A DNA stretch of 63,488 bases, filler included, from Globobulimina sp. (lineage: Eukaryota): the NCBI GenBank assembly GCA_003354225.1. It is 29 parts of 29 records of this genome, joined end to end, with 100 filler letters (N's around TTAATTAATTAA, not from the genome) between each part and the next. Parts side by side here need not be neighbours in the genome. Positions count along the whole stretch, not along the records: positions 48,249 to 50,340 come from PIVH01009069.1; positions 50,441 to 52,532 come from PIVH01009070.1; positions 52,633 to 54,724 come from PIVH01009071.1; positions 54,825 to 56,915 come from PIVH01009072.1; positions 57,016 to 59,106 come from PIVH01009073.1; 24 more parts are not named here. One strand, 5' to 3'. Below the pieces are notes generated by a model that was not told where the DNA came from, did no database searches, and saw only the letters and a program-made list of their open reading frames with translations. The position numbers and the translations under genes are program-made. Shown here piece after piece: positions 49,357 through 59,206 of the stretch; position 1 is the first letter of the stretch; the number at the start of each line of letters is the position of its first letter.

Positions 49357-49464
49357 TCAGCATTTTATGGTATTCAGTGGAGTGTAGGTGGACAATGACT
49401 AGCTAGCTTTAGTTAGATGTTAAATTAAGTAGAAAACAGTCTTAGTGTCAGTTTAGCACATTTT

Positions 49465-50340
49465 TTATATTTCTTGTTTAAGACTGATACTTTTAATTTC
49501 TGTTTGGAGTACGTCCCACGTACCCGTCCAAATTGCAGTGTCAATAAGAATTAATTCATACGGTTTACTGCACCATTTTGTGATTTTCCCGTTAATTTGA
49601 GGGTTATGGCCAATCACCATCTGGTTAAGTCTCATATTATATTTATTGCTTAACGCATTCAATACATTTTCCGTTTCTTGACAAGCTTTCCTTTTCTGTC
49701 TGTTGTTCATTCTTTGCATGTTAAAGTCTCTCAGTTCTAACATATATCGCATTGTCATATACCTCTCCAAATTGTGTCTTTTTTGAATATCTGTTAAATC
49801 CATAAAATTTGCCATCAAGTCGTTGATATTATCAATGTCAAAATTAAATATTTCCAAATACACAGTTAATGCACCGGCATGAACGTACAATGTATCATGA
49901 ATAACCAACACTGTTTTTAGCTTTCTCATCCAGTTTCCGATGGTTCCGTTTGGATTTAATCGCTTTCTAAATCCATCTTGAATTGTTCTGTCGTTGTATG
50001 ATTCATTTGTATTGAACAAAAAAGCAGGATGATCTCTGTGCAATTTATAAAAATGCTGAATACTGTGTGGTAAATGTTGTCTGTTAAAATCATCAATTTC
50101 AAATTGTTCATGATTTCCGCGTAAAACAAATATTTCAGAGTTATACTGCTTTGCATCAATTTGCCATTCAATGATTTTGTGGATAACTTCAAATGAAGCA
50201 GGTCCCCGATGTATTAAATCGCCAATAAATATTAAAATTGTATTCGATGCAATCCAAACTCCATCATCATTGCAAATATTATTTGCGATTGCTATTTGTA
50301 ACATAGTGACATAGCCACCATGAACATCACCAATAACAAG
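49465..50340 (-). CDS. Calcineurin-like metallophosphoesterase (Shewanella-like phosphatase type), 5'-partial
   Basis: GDVHG, GDLIHRG, GNHE, VHAG, MVIGHNPQ, ILIDT. Confidence 0.85.
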   Translation of the reverse strand, partial: LVIGDVHGGYVTMLQIAIANNICNDDGVWIASNTILIFIGDLIHRGPASFEVIHKIIEWQIDAKQYNSEIFVLRGNHEQFEIDDFNRQHLPHSIQHFYKLHRDHPAFLFNTNESYNDRTIQDGFRKRLNPNGTIGNWMRKLKTVLVIHDTLYVHAGALTVYLEIFNFDIDNINDLMANFMDLTDIQKRHNLERYMTMRYMLELRDFNMQRMNNRQKRKACQETENVLNALSNKYNMRLNQMVIGHNPQINGKITKWCSKPYELILIDTAIWTGTWDVLQTEIKSISLKQEI

Positions 50341-50618
50341 NNNNNNNNNNNNNNNNNNNNNNNNNNNNNNNNNNNNNNNNNNNNTTAATTAATTAANNNN
50401 NNNNNNNNNNNNNNNNNNNNNNNNNNNNNNNNNNNNNNNNTGTTTTATGCCAATCTAAATCCAGGATATACATTGTGATACTTATATTGCCTATAATTTC
50501 CTCTTTTCGAAAAATGAAAATAAATTTAAAATAATAATAAAAAAAAACACTCCATTGCCACCATTACATTGCCTATTAAACAAATTCTATTCTCCATTGC
50601 TTCCCTTATTGCTTCCCC

Positions 50619-51410
50619 TTATTGTTTCCAATTTCCTTTATTGTTTCCTTTATTGCTTCCCTTATCATCCTTGTCCTTCTTCTCATCACATCCACCAACA
50701 TCCGGTATACTCATAACACCAAACGGGACAGAACTAGAATCGCTAAAAATAATTCTTCCATGACCCAATTGACCATTTTGTTTGATGTCATAAGCACTCA
50801 CAATACCCTGCAAACTATGTGTTATATATAATCTATTTGACTCACACCAATTTACCATCAAATTATGTGGATTGCCCGCCATTGCATCAAAGGGAGAGCC
50901 AGCAATAAATTCAAACGCTTCATAATCGATAACATGTAACGAGGCCTTGCCATCCGGCGAGGCAATATCTGCGACATATAAATGTTGGGTGGTGCCCCAA
51001 ATTCCATGTGCTGCATTCACACTTATTGTAGCCAATATATTTAAGGAATGCATATCTATTTTGTACACTAAATTTGCATCCGGCGACGTCACATACAAAC
51101 AACATTGCTGTGGATCAAAATCATTAATAAATAAATGTGGATCAGCCCCTATTTGAATGCGATTCAATTCTGAAAAGGTTTGCGCTGAAAATTGTATGAT
51201 AATGCCACCCATCAATGACACAAAGGTATAGCCCAAATGCGAGGTAATATCGTGAGGCTTATAATTGTCATCATTTGCATCCTTACCCGTTGCGATTGCG
51301 ATGGTTGCAGCAAGTTTTCGTGTTCGCGCATCAAACACTACCACTGACATATCGATATCACAGACAATCCACATGGGGATTTCGACCGTTTGCGTTTCGT
51401 TCCATTCCAT
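50619..51410 (-). CDS. YVTN/YncE-like beta-propeller protein; N-terminus unresolved
   Basis: Repeated blades KPHDI, DPHL, AHGI, NPHNL with LYV/LYI strands. Confidence 0.65.
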   Translation of the reverse strand: MEWNETQTVEIPMWIVCDIDMSVVVFDARTRKLAATIAIATGKDANDDNYKPHDITSHLGYTFVSLMGGIIIQFSAQTFSELNRIQIGADPHLFINDFDPQQCCLYVTSPDANLVYKIDMHSLNILATISVNAAHGIWGTTQHLYVADIASPDGKASLHVIDYEAFEFIAGSPFDAMAGNPHNLMVNWCESNRLYITHSLQGIVSAYDIKQNGQLGHGRIIFSDSSSVPFGVMSIPDVGGCDEKKDKDDKGSNKGNNKGNWKQ

Positions 51411-51413
51411 TCC

Positions 51414-51490
51414 TCTCACCGTAGGATTCGAACCTACATCCAATTGGTCTGCCATTCAAACCAATGCTCTGCCAATTGAGCTAGGCGACC
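51414..51490 (-). pseudogene. Degenerate tRNA-like element (GAA at the anticodon position)
   Basis: GGTCGCC-TA-GCTC AATTGGCA GAGC-A-TTGGT (11-nt loop) ACCAA-TTGGAT-GTAGG TTCGAAT CCTAC-GGTGAGA; intact A and B boxes, outer acceptor pairs broken. Confidence 0.7.
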
Positions 51491-52210
51491 ATTTTTCTTC
51501 TTTATATGCTTCATAAATCCATTCCACGTCTTCCATATCGATATCCACGCTTTGAAAAAATGTCGATTCTTGAAAAAAGTAAATCGGGACGAGTCGATTT
51601 TAGATTGTCCCAAATGTGATTTCTGTTTCGTCGTAGATACTTTTAGACGAAAATAATCAATGAGAATCATATTTAGGATCGCCAATCTAAAAGACAAGTG
51701 GAGACTTCCATAAAACAAATTAATCTTGATTTTTACCAAGGACATGGAGCTGTTCGTAAAATGACATGTACTTGGAAGGCAAAGTGTAACCCAAATCAAG
51801 CAAGTTTCAAACCGAGAGTGTCACAAAATGTAAAATTACTCACTTTTCCAACTAGAATCAGTCACAAAATTACAAAACGAACGAAAAGAATTGGGATTCA
51901 CACCCGAATCAATCACAAAACTACAAAATGTAAAACGACTCGGGATTCAAACCCGTAAGTTTCAAACTAAAAATTGTCACAAAGATTTCACACACAAATC
52001 CTCGCAAAATCCTTCAATATTATCGAATACATCTTGCAGATGGTGAGAGGATTTAACCCCGATTTATTATGATTTTTTCAAAATAGGAAATCCTCAGTAC
52101 TCTGCCTGGCAGACAAAAACAATTGCTTTAAATTAAACCATTTTGCAATTTAAAAATATCAAAAACAAGATTTGAAGGAAAAAATTAATGTTCAAGATTT
52201 GTAGCCTTGA

Positions 52211-52330
52211 TTACAGAATGCAGCATTTCCCCGTCCCTTTAATAATATCAGTAATATCATCAGGATCATCAGGATCATCTTGAACTTTCACAACCTTTGC
52301 AATCTTTGAAATGAGTTTGCCACCTGGCAT
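52211..52330 (-). CDS. 39-aa ORF ending in CaaX (CCIL); either a micropeptide or the terminal exon of a prenylated protein
   Basis: MPGGKLISKIAKVVKVQDDPDDPDDITDIIKGTGKCCIL*; in-frame TGA three codons upstream. Confidence 0.55.
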   Translation of the reverse strand: MPGGKLISKIAKVVKVQDDPDDPDDITDIIKGTGKCCIL

Positions 52331-52831
52331 AATTGATCAGTGTTTTTTATTATTTTCTGTGTGTACGTTGAATTGTTTTGACTTTTTTGGATGCAACAAA
52401 GTTTTGGGTTTTTGTGTTTTGTTTTTGGTTAATTGTATAATTGCCGACAGAGAGAAATGCATAATTGAGATAAATATTCAGCTGCTGTATTCAGAATAAC
52501 AAAACAGATATACTGAATCAGTCACAAAACTGNNNNNNNNNNNNNNNNNNNNNNNNNNNNNNNNNNNNNNNNNNNNTTAATTAATTAANNNNNNNNNNNN
52601 NNNNNNNNNNNNNNNNNNNNNNNNNNNNNNNNTCGTACTGTATTATAAATAAGGATTAGACGAACATTTACTTAAGCTTTTTCTCTAACAATTCACAAAT
52701 GATTAAAAAAAGTTGATCATGAGCAAAATCAAGGTCAAATAGGAAAACTCTGATGAATGACATGTTTTTTTATGAATTGAAGTCCGATATCATTTAAATA
52801 GCATATAACAAAACTAAATACAAACAAAGGG

Positions 52832-54682
52832 TCAAAGAGGAGAAATGTCCTCATCAATAATATCTTCTTCAACATGATCATCATCATTCAATTGTACTTG
52901 TTTTATATCCACACCAACCGCATTATATATATTTTCAACCATCGTCGTGTCTAAGTACGGTGCTAATATAATATTACTATTTAGCATTCTTTGTGTAATC
53001 TGAAATGCATTATTCATATCATTAACGGAGTGATAATATTCAACTAACAATGCATAAACATCACCAATACGGACCGCAGATTCATTTTGTAATTGTATCA
53101 ATTCTTCACAAATTGATATCATTTGATTTGGATCGGATTCCGCCAACTTCCGAGCAAAAGAGAATTTATTTACTAATTTTATTCTCTCTTCGAACATTAA
53201 TAAGTATTTTTCATTTTTATTATTTGATTTTTTCGTTTGTTTCAATGCCTGTTTTAATGCTCGTAATGCCTTATCATAATCTCGATATTCATCAATCTCA
53301 ATCTGTGCGCAGGCGTCGTAGAAAAAAGCTAATTGCTGATACGCTTTTGCTGAGCTATAAAATTGTAATATTGATTTGGTATATGACGGATTTGAATGCC
53401 AATCTAAACTTTGCAGGTAATTTGCTGCTAAAATAAGTGCATCATTGTTTTTGGTTTTTGCTGCATAATATATAATTTTCTTTGGATCTCCTGCTTTTAT
53501 TAAACATTTAACGGCGCCAATTTTATCCCCACACTGTGTATATTTTCTTGCTGCCAACGGATATAATTGTTGTTGGGTCAAACATTTTGCTAAAATCATT
53601 AATATTTTATTACGATTCTTATCAGTCTTTGGCGGTGTTAATTTCTCCGCCAATTCTTTATTTTTTAATGATATCTGATACGTTGATATTATATCCAATG
53701 CATCTTCATATTTTTTTGCAATTATTAGCATTGACACCGCCTTTTCGTATTGTTTATATTGCATAAAATATTGCGAAAATCTCAATGCAACATTTGGATC
53801 TTTTATCATTAAATTATCATTCATAATATTTCGCAATTCATCAAATAATTGTCCCTCAATGCATAAATCCATTGCTTTGTTCAAATTTCCTGCTTTTTTA
53901 TACAACATCACTGCTACATTTAAGTCACCCTTTTCACAAAAATATCGTGCTGCAATTTCTATTTTGGTCGCCATCTTTTCAGGCATTTTCAATGCGATAT
54001 CTATCAATACTTCATCTAATTCGTGCTCTTTTGCTAAACGCAAGGCATGATGATAAGTTTGTGATTTCCTGTAAAACCGAATAGCTTTATCTATTTCCTT
54101 ATTATCCTCATAATATGACGCTAAATGATACGCTGCACCCAATGACGCACTATCATTTATTATGCATTCGGCAGCAGAAATATCACTAATTTCACAACAC
54201 AATCGTACCATTGACACGTAGTCAGCTGCAGATTTATAATATGGCATCGCAGCCACATAATCTTCATTAGATTCCAGATATTCTGCATACCATTTGAATA
54301 ATTTTGCATTTTTATTGTCCAGCACATATTTCTGCAGCAATTGCATTTGTTTATGCTGATATAACATTTGTGCAATTTGCAAGGGACACTGACACTTTTC
54401 ATAAAATTGTATGGCGGTTTCAATTTTGCCACTTTCTTTCAGATATGTAGCATATTGATAATATGCCGCATTTAAATTGACTCTGTCATACTTTTCACAA
54501 ATTTCAATGGCACTCATCCAGCGTCCTAATGCTTGATACATTTTTACAATTAAATCATATCTATCACATTGTTTTAATAATTCCTCCGGATCTTCATACA
54601 TTTTTAAATCAATTGCAACCATTGCTAACTGTAGAAAGTCATTCTGATGCTCTTTAATGACTGTCCCTTCATCCACAAACAA
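52832..54682 (-). CDS. IFT140: Intraflagellar transport protein 140, C-terminal TPR region (5'-partial)
   Basis: LAARKYTQCG...ILAANYLQSLDW...FYDACAQIEIDEYRDYDKAL...VRIGDVY. Confidence 0.93.
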   Translation of the reverse strand: MFVDEGTVIKEHQNDFLQLAMVAIDLKMYEDPEELLKQCDRYDLIVKMYQALGRWMSAIEICEKYDRVNLNAAYYQYATYLKESGKIETAIQFYEKCQCPLQIAQMLYQHKQMQLLQKYVLDNKNAKLFKWYAEYLESNEDYVAAMPYYKSAADYVSMVRLCCEISDISAAECIINDSASLGAAYHLASYYEDNKEIDKAIRFYRKSQTYHHALRLAKEHELDEVLIDIALKMPEKMATKIEIAARYFCEKGDLNVAVMLYKKAGNLNKAMDLCIEGQLFDELRNIMNDNLMIKDPNVALRFSQYFMQYKQYEKAVSMLIIAKKYEDALDIISTYQISLKNKELAEKLTPPKTDKNRNKILMILAKCLTQQQLYPLAARKYTQCGDKIGAVKCLIKAGDPKKIIYYAAKTKNNDALILAANYLQSLDWHSNPSYTKSILQFYSSAKAYQQLAFFYDACAQIEIDEYRDYDKALRALKQALKQTKKSNNKNEKYLLMFEERIKLVNKFSFARKLAESDPNQMISICEELIQLQNESAVRIGDVYALLVEYYHSVNDMNNAFQITQRMLNSNIILAPYLDTTMVENIYNAVGVDIKQVQLNDDDHVEEDIIDEDISPL

Positions 54683-54824
54683 CGACGATGCAATGCGTTG
54701 TGATGTCCCTCGCGAGGAGGATAGNNNNNNNNNNNNNNNNNNNNNNNNNNNNNNNNNNNNNNNNNNNNTTAATTAATTAANNNNNNNNNNNNNNNNNNNN
54801 NNNNNNNNNNNNNNNNNNNNNNNN

Positions 54825-55700
54825 AGTGAAAAAACCACTAAGTCAGAAATAGTGGATATTTTCACTAAGTCCAGCCAGAGTGAAAAAACCACTAAGTCAG
54901 AAATAGTGGATATTTTCACTAAGTCCTGCCAGAGTGAAAAAAACCACTAAGTCAGAAATAGTGGATATTTTCACTAAGTCCAGCTAGAGAAAACCATCAA
55001 GTCTTTGAAGAACAATACAGAGTTTAGACCTTCTTCAGATTAGAGAAAATGGAGAGAGTAACTGCTACAATGAAATTGTAGTGAAAATGTTTTGCTTATA
55101 TATGTATTTTGATATTGACATTGTCTGGTTTTGGAGTGACAGATTGGATCTTGATATTTACTTTGTCTGAAAATTTGCGGAAGTGAAGTCATATAGTTAT
55201 CATTGATATTGACATTGTCTGGTTTTAGAGTGACAAATTATACTTTGCTATTTACTTTGTCTGAAAATTTGCGGAAGTGACTGACAGATAATTGATAGTT
55301 GGATTTTGCACTTGTCAAGATAAGTATACTTTGCATGGTAAAGCTGTCAATTTTTGTTGATTTTAGTGTCTGTGCAAACAAATATAACTCCATATAAGCA
55401 AGCGATTTTCAAACATTTTCATTTGTCTCTATAGTTCATGCTGGTTGATGGTCTTATTTGTACCTCTGCTGAACCTTCTCAAAGACTTATGATTTCTCAC
55501 TCGTCTGAACTTAGTGAAAATATCCAGTATTTCTGACTTAGTGGTTTTTCCTACTCTGTCTGGACTTAGTGAAAATATCCACTATTTCTGACTTAGTGGT
55601 TTTACTCATCACCTCAACTTAGTGAAAATATCCACTATTTCTGACTCTGCCTGGACTTGATGAAAATTCCCACTGTTTTCTGACTTAGAGATTTTCTCAT
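54825..55700. repeat. Foldback-type array: three 54-bp tandem units facing about four inverted copies, enclosing a 78-bp direct repeat pair
   Basis: Unit AGTGAAAAAACCACTAAGTCAGAAATAGTGGATATTTTCACTAAGTCCAGCCAG at 54825-54987; reverse-complement copies at about 55505-55695; direct repeats at 55109-55186 and 55203-55280. Confidence 0.9.
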
Positions 55701-55764
55701 TCAGTGACTTGACTTAGTTCTCAGCTAGTAAAATTGTGAGTATTGTGATTAGATAATATTTTTA

Positions 55765-56334
55765 TTATTTTCTTCTTCTACATATTTGAAACAAATTTCT
55801 CAAATTTACATCAACAATTTGTGCACTCCCTATTGGTGTTAAAATAAGCATTTCCAACATGGGTTTCATTCCAACTGGGATGGAATTGATGTTGTCATTT
55901 TGCTGTTGCAGTTGTGGAGCAGGAGGGGGAGCTTGCTTACAAAGTGCATACAAGATATCATACAAATTAGATCCATGTACACGGTATCGATATCCCTTCT
56001 GTGGCTGGTATCTTAAAATTTCACCACTGCTTGAATCAAAACCAAACTCCTGTCCTTTTAACAAATGTTTCAACACTTGTCTGGCAGGATCTCTTGATCT
56101 CGGAGGCAAAGCTTCTATCAAGTTAGTAAATTCAATATCAATCATTGGTTGTTGATCCGTTGGTGATATTTCAACTTGTTCTTTGTCTTTTGTTATTGTT
56201 TTTTGTTCAGGCAACACCTCAGATTCCACAGTTGGTAATTGTTGTTGTGGTTTTCTTAACTGATCCAATTCGGTGACCATGTCTTGATACTGGTTTCTAT
56301 CTATGGCTACATATTCTATAAATTTACTGCTCAT
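55765..56334 (-). CDS. Polinton/Maverick conserved accessory protein
   Basis: LIEALPPRSRDPARQVLKHL...SGEIL...GSNLYDIL...PVGM pattern; tightly overlapped with the ATPase module. Confidence 0.6.
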   Translation of the reverse strand: MSSKFIEYVAIDRNQYQDMVTELDQLRKPQQQLPTVESEVLPEQKTITKDKEQVEISPTDQQPMIDIEFTNLIEALPPRSRDPARQVLKHLLKGQEFGFDSSSGEILRYQPQKGYRYRVHGSNLYDILYALCKQAPPPAPQLQQQNDNINSIPVGMKPMLEMLILTPIGSAQIVDVNLRNLFQICRRRK

Positions 56335-56623
56335 ACTTTAGAATCAACTGGACCAATGGTGTGAAATTGTTAAGTCGTTTCTTTAGATATGGTGCAGGAC
56401 GTTTTGATTTTCTAAACCGGTTAATCAATTTTCTTTGTTCTTTTACAATTTGTTGTTCTTCTTTACTTAATCGTGGGTCAGTATTCAATTTTTCCAATGA
56501 AAATTTTAGATAACCAATCCAATCAGTATAGTGTTTATTTTTGAACAAATAATTTTTAACAGTGGATAGTTTGGGATTTTTACTAATAACAAGTGTGGCA
56601 ATGGCACTATCAATATTATTCAT
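56324..56623 (-). CDS. Small basic protein of the Polinton module
   Basis: 99 aa, Lys/Arg-rich, amphipathic C-terminus; start overlaps the ATPase stop (ATGA). Confidence 0.55.
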   Translation of the reverse strand: MNNIDSAIATLVISKNPKLSTVKNYLFKNKHYTDWIGYLKFSLEKLNTDPRLSKEEQQIVKEQRKLINRFRKSKRPAPYLKKRLNNFTPLVQLILKYEQ

Positions 56624-56913
56624 TTAGGATTGTAGACAAGTTTCTCAGGTTCGTCATCAAACAGACCGCAGCGCAATCGAAATTTATTACCACGAATGGC
56701 CAAGGGGCTGTTGTCTATCAATATATACTCGCTGTGACGTTGGAGAAACATGTGATTGGCCACTGACGGTAAAAATCCTGGACAACGATAGAACAATGAT
56801 CGCTGCAATGTTTCAAGTGAATTGCCATTCATAATTGCTGGCATAAGAAACATATAGGATGCATTTTTTCTTATAGTTCTCATCGAATCTCCGCCAGCTT
56901 GTAAATCTTGAGC
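56620..56913 (-). CDS. Polinton/Maverick FtsK/A32-like genome-packaging ATPase, C-terminal part
   Basis: AQDLQAGGDSMRTIRKNASYMFL...YILID...FRLRCGLF...VY matches the QNLF..RTISLNxxY...YLLID...RLR pattern. Confidence 0.75.
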   Translation of the reverse strand, partial: AQDLQAGGDSMRTIRKNASYMFLMPAIMNGNSLETLQRSLFYRCPGFLPSVANHMFLQRHSEYILIDNSPLAIRGNKFRLRCGLFDDEPEKLVYNPK

Positions 56914-57507
56914 TANNNNNNNNNNNNNNNNNNNNNNNNNNNNNNNNNNNNNNNNNNNNTTAATTAATTAANNNNNNNNNNNNNNNNNNNNNNNNNNNNN
57001 NNNNNNNNNNNNNNNGGAAATCAAAGATACGACAAGGAACAAAACGTAAATTTATCACCATCAAAAAATAAAAATATATTGCCAATTCAACATTTTAGGA
57101 TTGCACGGTTGGTGATACAAAATCTGTTTTACTTCAAAAGAGTAAAGGCAGGCAGCAAGGGGTGCGTGTTTGCTGCAATTTTTTTAAAACTAAAACAGGT
57201 TCTACTAGTATAAATGCCTCTAGTTGTCATGAGAATGATTTCATAAACATTCAAAAAATATATTTTCTTTTGATATAGGTACATGGTAATAATATCAATA
57301 CAAATCACAAAATGCCTCCCTTTTTCGAGTTGAAACATTCAGTCTCGTTTTTGTAATAAGTATTTCTTGGGGTATTTGAATCAAAGCCTTCACATCTTGA
57401 CTTTCCAAATCTGTTCCAGCTTGGTCAAAGGGAATAAAATTTAAGGCAAGCGATGCGATAGTGCTACACTCCTTATTAAACTGAAAACCAGTTCTAACAG
57501 AGAAGTA

Positions 57508-57699
57508 ATTTAACCTCAGGCGGTCACAGGATATATGACGTAGATGATGTCACTATTCACATGATATGTTATTCTGATTTTAAAATCGAAAACTGGTTTT
57601 AGCCCACTCCATGAGACATGAGACAGTCATTTAACCTCAGGCGGTCACAGGATATATGACGTAGATGATGTCACTATTCACTTGATATGTTATTTTGAT
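57508..57699. repeat. Direct repeat pair of about 70 bp
   Basis: TTTAACCTCAGGCGGTCACAGGATATATGACGTAGATGATGTCACTATTCAC occurs twice. Confidence 0.9.
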
Positions 57700-58139
57700 C
57701 AAAGTGAATAAAATGTAAGGTAGCGGACCGATTTTTTGTTAAACTATTATTCTATATGAAAAAACAGACAGACGGAACTGCACGAATTTCGTCATCTCCA
57801 GCCTGGGGCAATCACAAGTGAGATGACTTAGTGACCAGTATAATGTTTGTTTTCTTTTATTTGTGCGAACTGTAAATACTTTCCTTTCGGTGACTGAAGG
57901 CTACCTTTGTGCAATTATGTCAAATGTTTTAAATTTCAAAATATCATCAATTACACTGCAGAGATCTGTCAAATGATTAGAAAGTACTGACTACCGAACT
58001 CGTTTTGTATGCGACGTTTCCGCAAAAGAGTGTAGAGATTTTTATCCATACTCTACAATGTATTTACGTTTGTTGGAAAATATTTAGTCTCTAGAATAGT
58101 ATTTTTAACGTTTTCCCCCCAAATTTTAATACCATTTAT

Positions 58140-59106
58140 ACTCAAAGTTTATTTTTCTCTTGTTTTTGAATCGATTTTTTATTATTATTATTTGAACTGT
58201 GAGTCACCGTGGAGCCGACTGAGTATGTTGTTATTTTCAATGTTTTTGAATCGATTTCATTATTATTTCAACAAGGTAGTTTATTAATTTTAACGATTTT
58301 GCCTTTATTTTTATCATTTCCTCTATGTTTTTGAATCGATTTTATTATTATTTCATAAACAGTTTATTATTGTTATCGTTTTCGGCTTTATTTTTTACCT
58401 TTTTTATCATATTACGCCAAAATATATGCGAACAGGCCTCTCCCACCCTTATATATGAGAGCAAGCTCACATATATGTGGGTGCAAGAGGAAAAAAATGT
58501 CTAAAATAATGTAAAAACGTTAGGTACAGCTGTTTATGGGATAAGTACCATGTATTCTAGGGTTGGTACAGCTGTTTATGGGGTAGATAGATACATTATA
58601 TGGTAGGCACAGCTGTTTATGGGATAGGTAACATATATTCTAGGGTAGGTACAGCTGTTTATGAGATAGGTACCATATGTTCTGCGGTAGGTACACCAAC
58701 AAAGCCTGCCTATAAGTCCTCATATATGAGGATGCATCCTCATATATGAGGATAGGAGGAGGGCAGAACACTCTTTAGTCCTCATATATGAGGGCGCGAA
58801 GAGGAAAAAAATGGTTGAAATACCGAAAAAACGTTAAAAATAATAGACTTTCAGTTAAAATATTAATAAAATACACTCAAAAAATAATAAAAGTTTAAAA
58901 ACTACAAAATTTCCCATAATGGCCGGACTATGGGAAAGGCGTTCCCGCCAAAACCCCCCTACTATGGGCACGCCAGGGGCGTGCACAAACCCCCGCCCCC
59001 TGGGGGCATATAGAAACTTTTCAAAACCTATAGAAAAACTATAGAAAACCTACAGAAACATATCAAAAACCTATAGAAACCTATATAAAACCTGCAGAAA
59101 CATATA
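58140..59106. repeat. Composite non-coding repeat and palindrome block
   Basis: TGTTTTTGAATCGATTT x3; units of about 41 bp with GGTACAGCTGTTTATG x4; CCTCATATATGAGG x3; GC-rich patch; AAAACCTATAG-type short repeats at the contig end. Confidence 0.85.
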
Positions 59107-59206
59107 NNNNNNNNNNNNNNNNNNNNNNNNNNNNNNNNNNNNNNNNNNNNTTAATTAATTAANNNNNNNNNNNNNNNNNNNNNNNNNNNNNNNNNNNNNN
59201 NNNNNN

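Noticed and set aside
51414-51490. Functional tRNA-Phe, a suppressor tRNA, or Sec readthrough of the in-frame TGA
   Set aside because: 11-nt anticodon loop and unpaired acceptor ends; the upstream frame closes soon after and no SECIS is evident
58520-58695. Repeat-spacer-like pattern suggesting a CRISPR array
   Set aside because: The intervening sequences are similar to one another (degenerate tandem repeat); no cas genes; eukaryotic context
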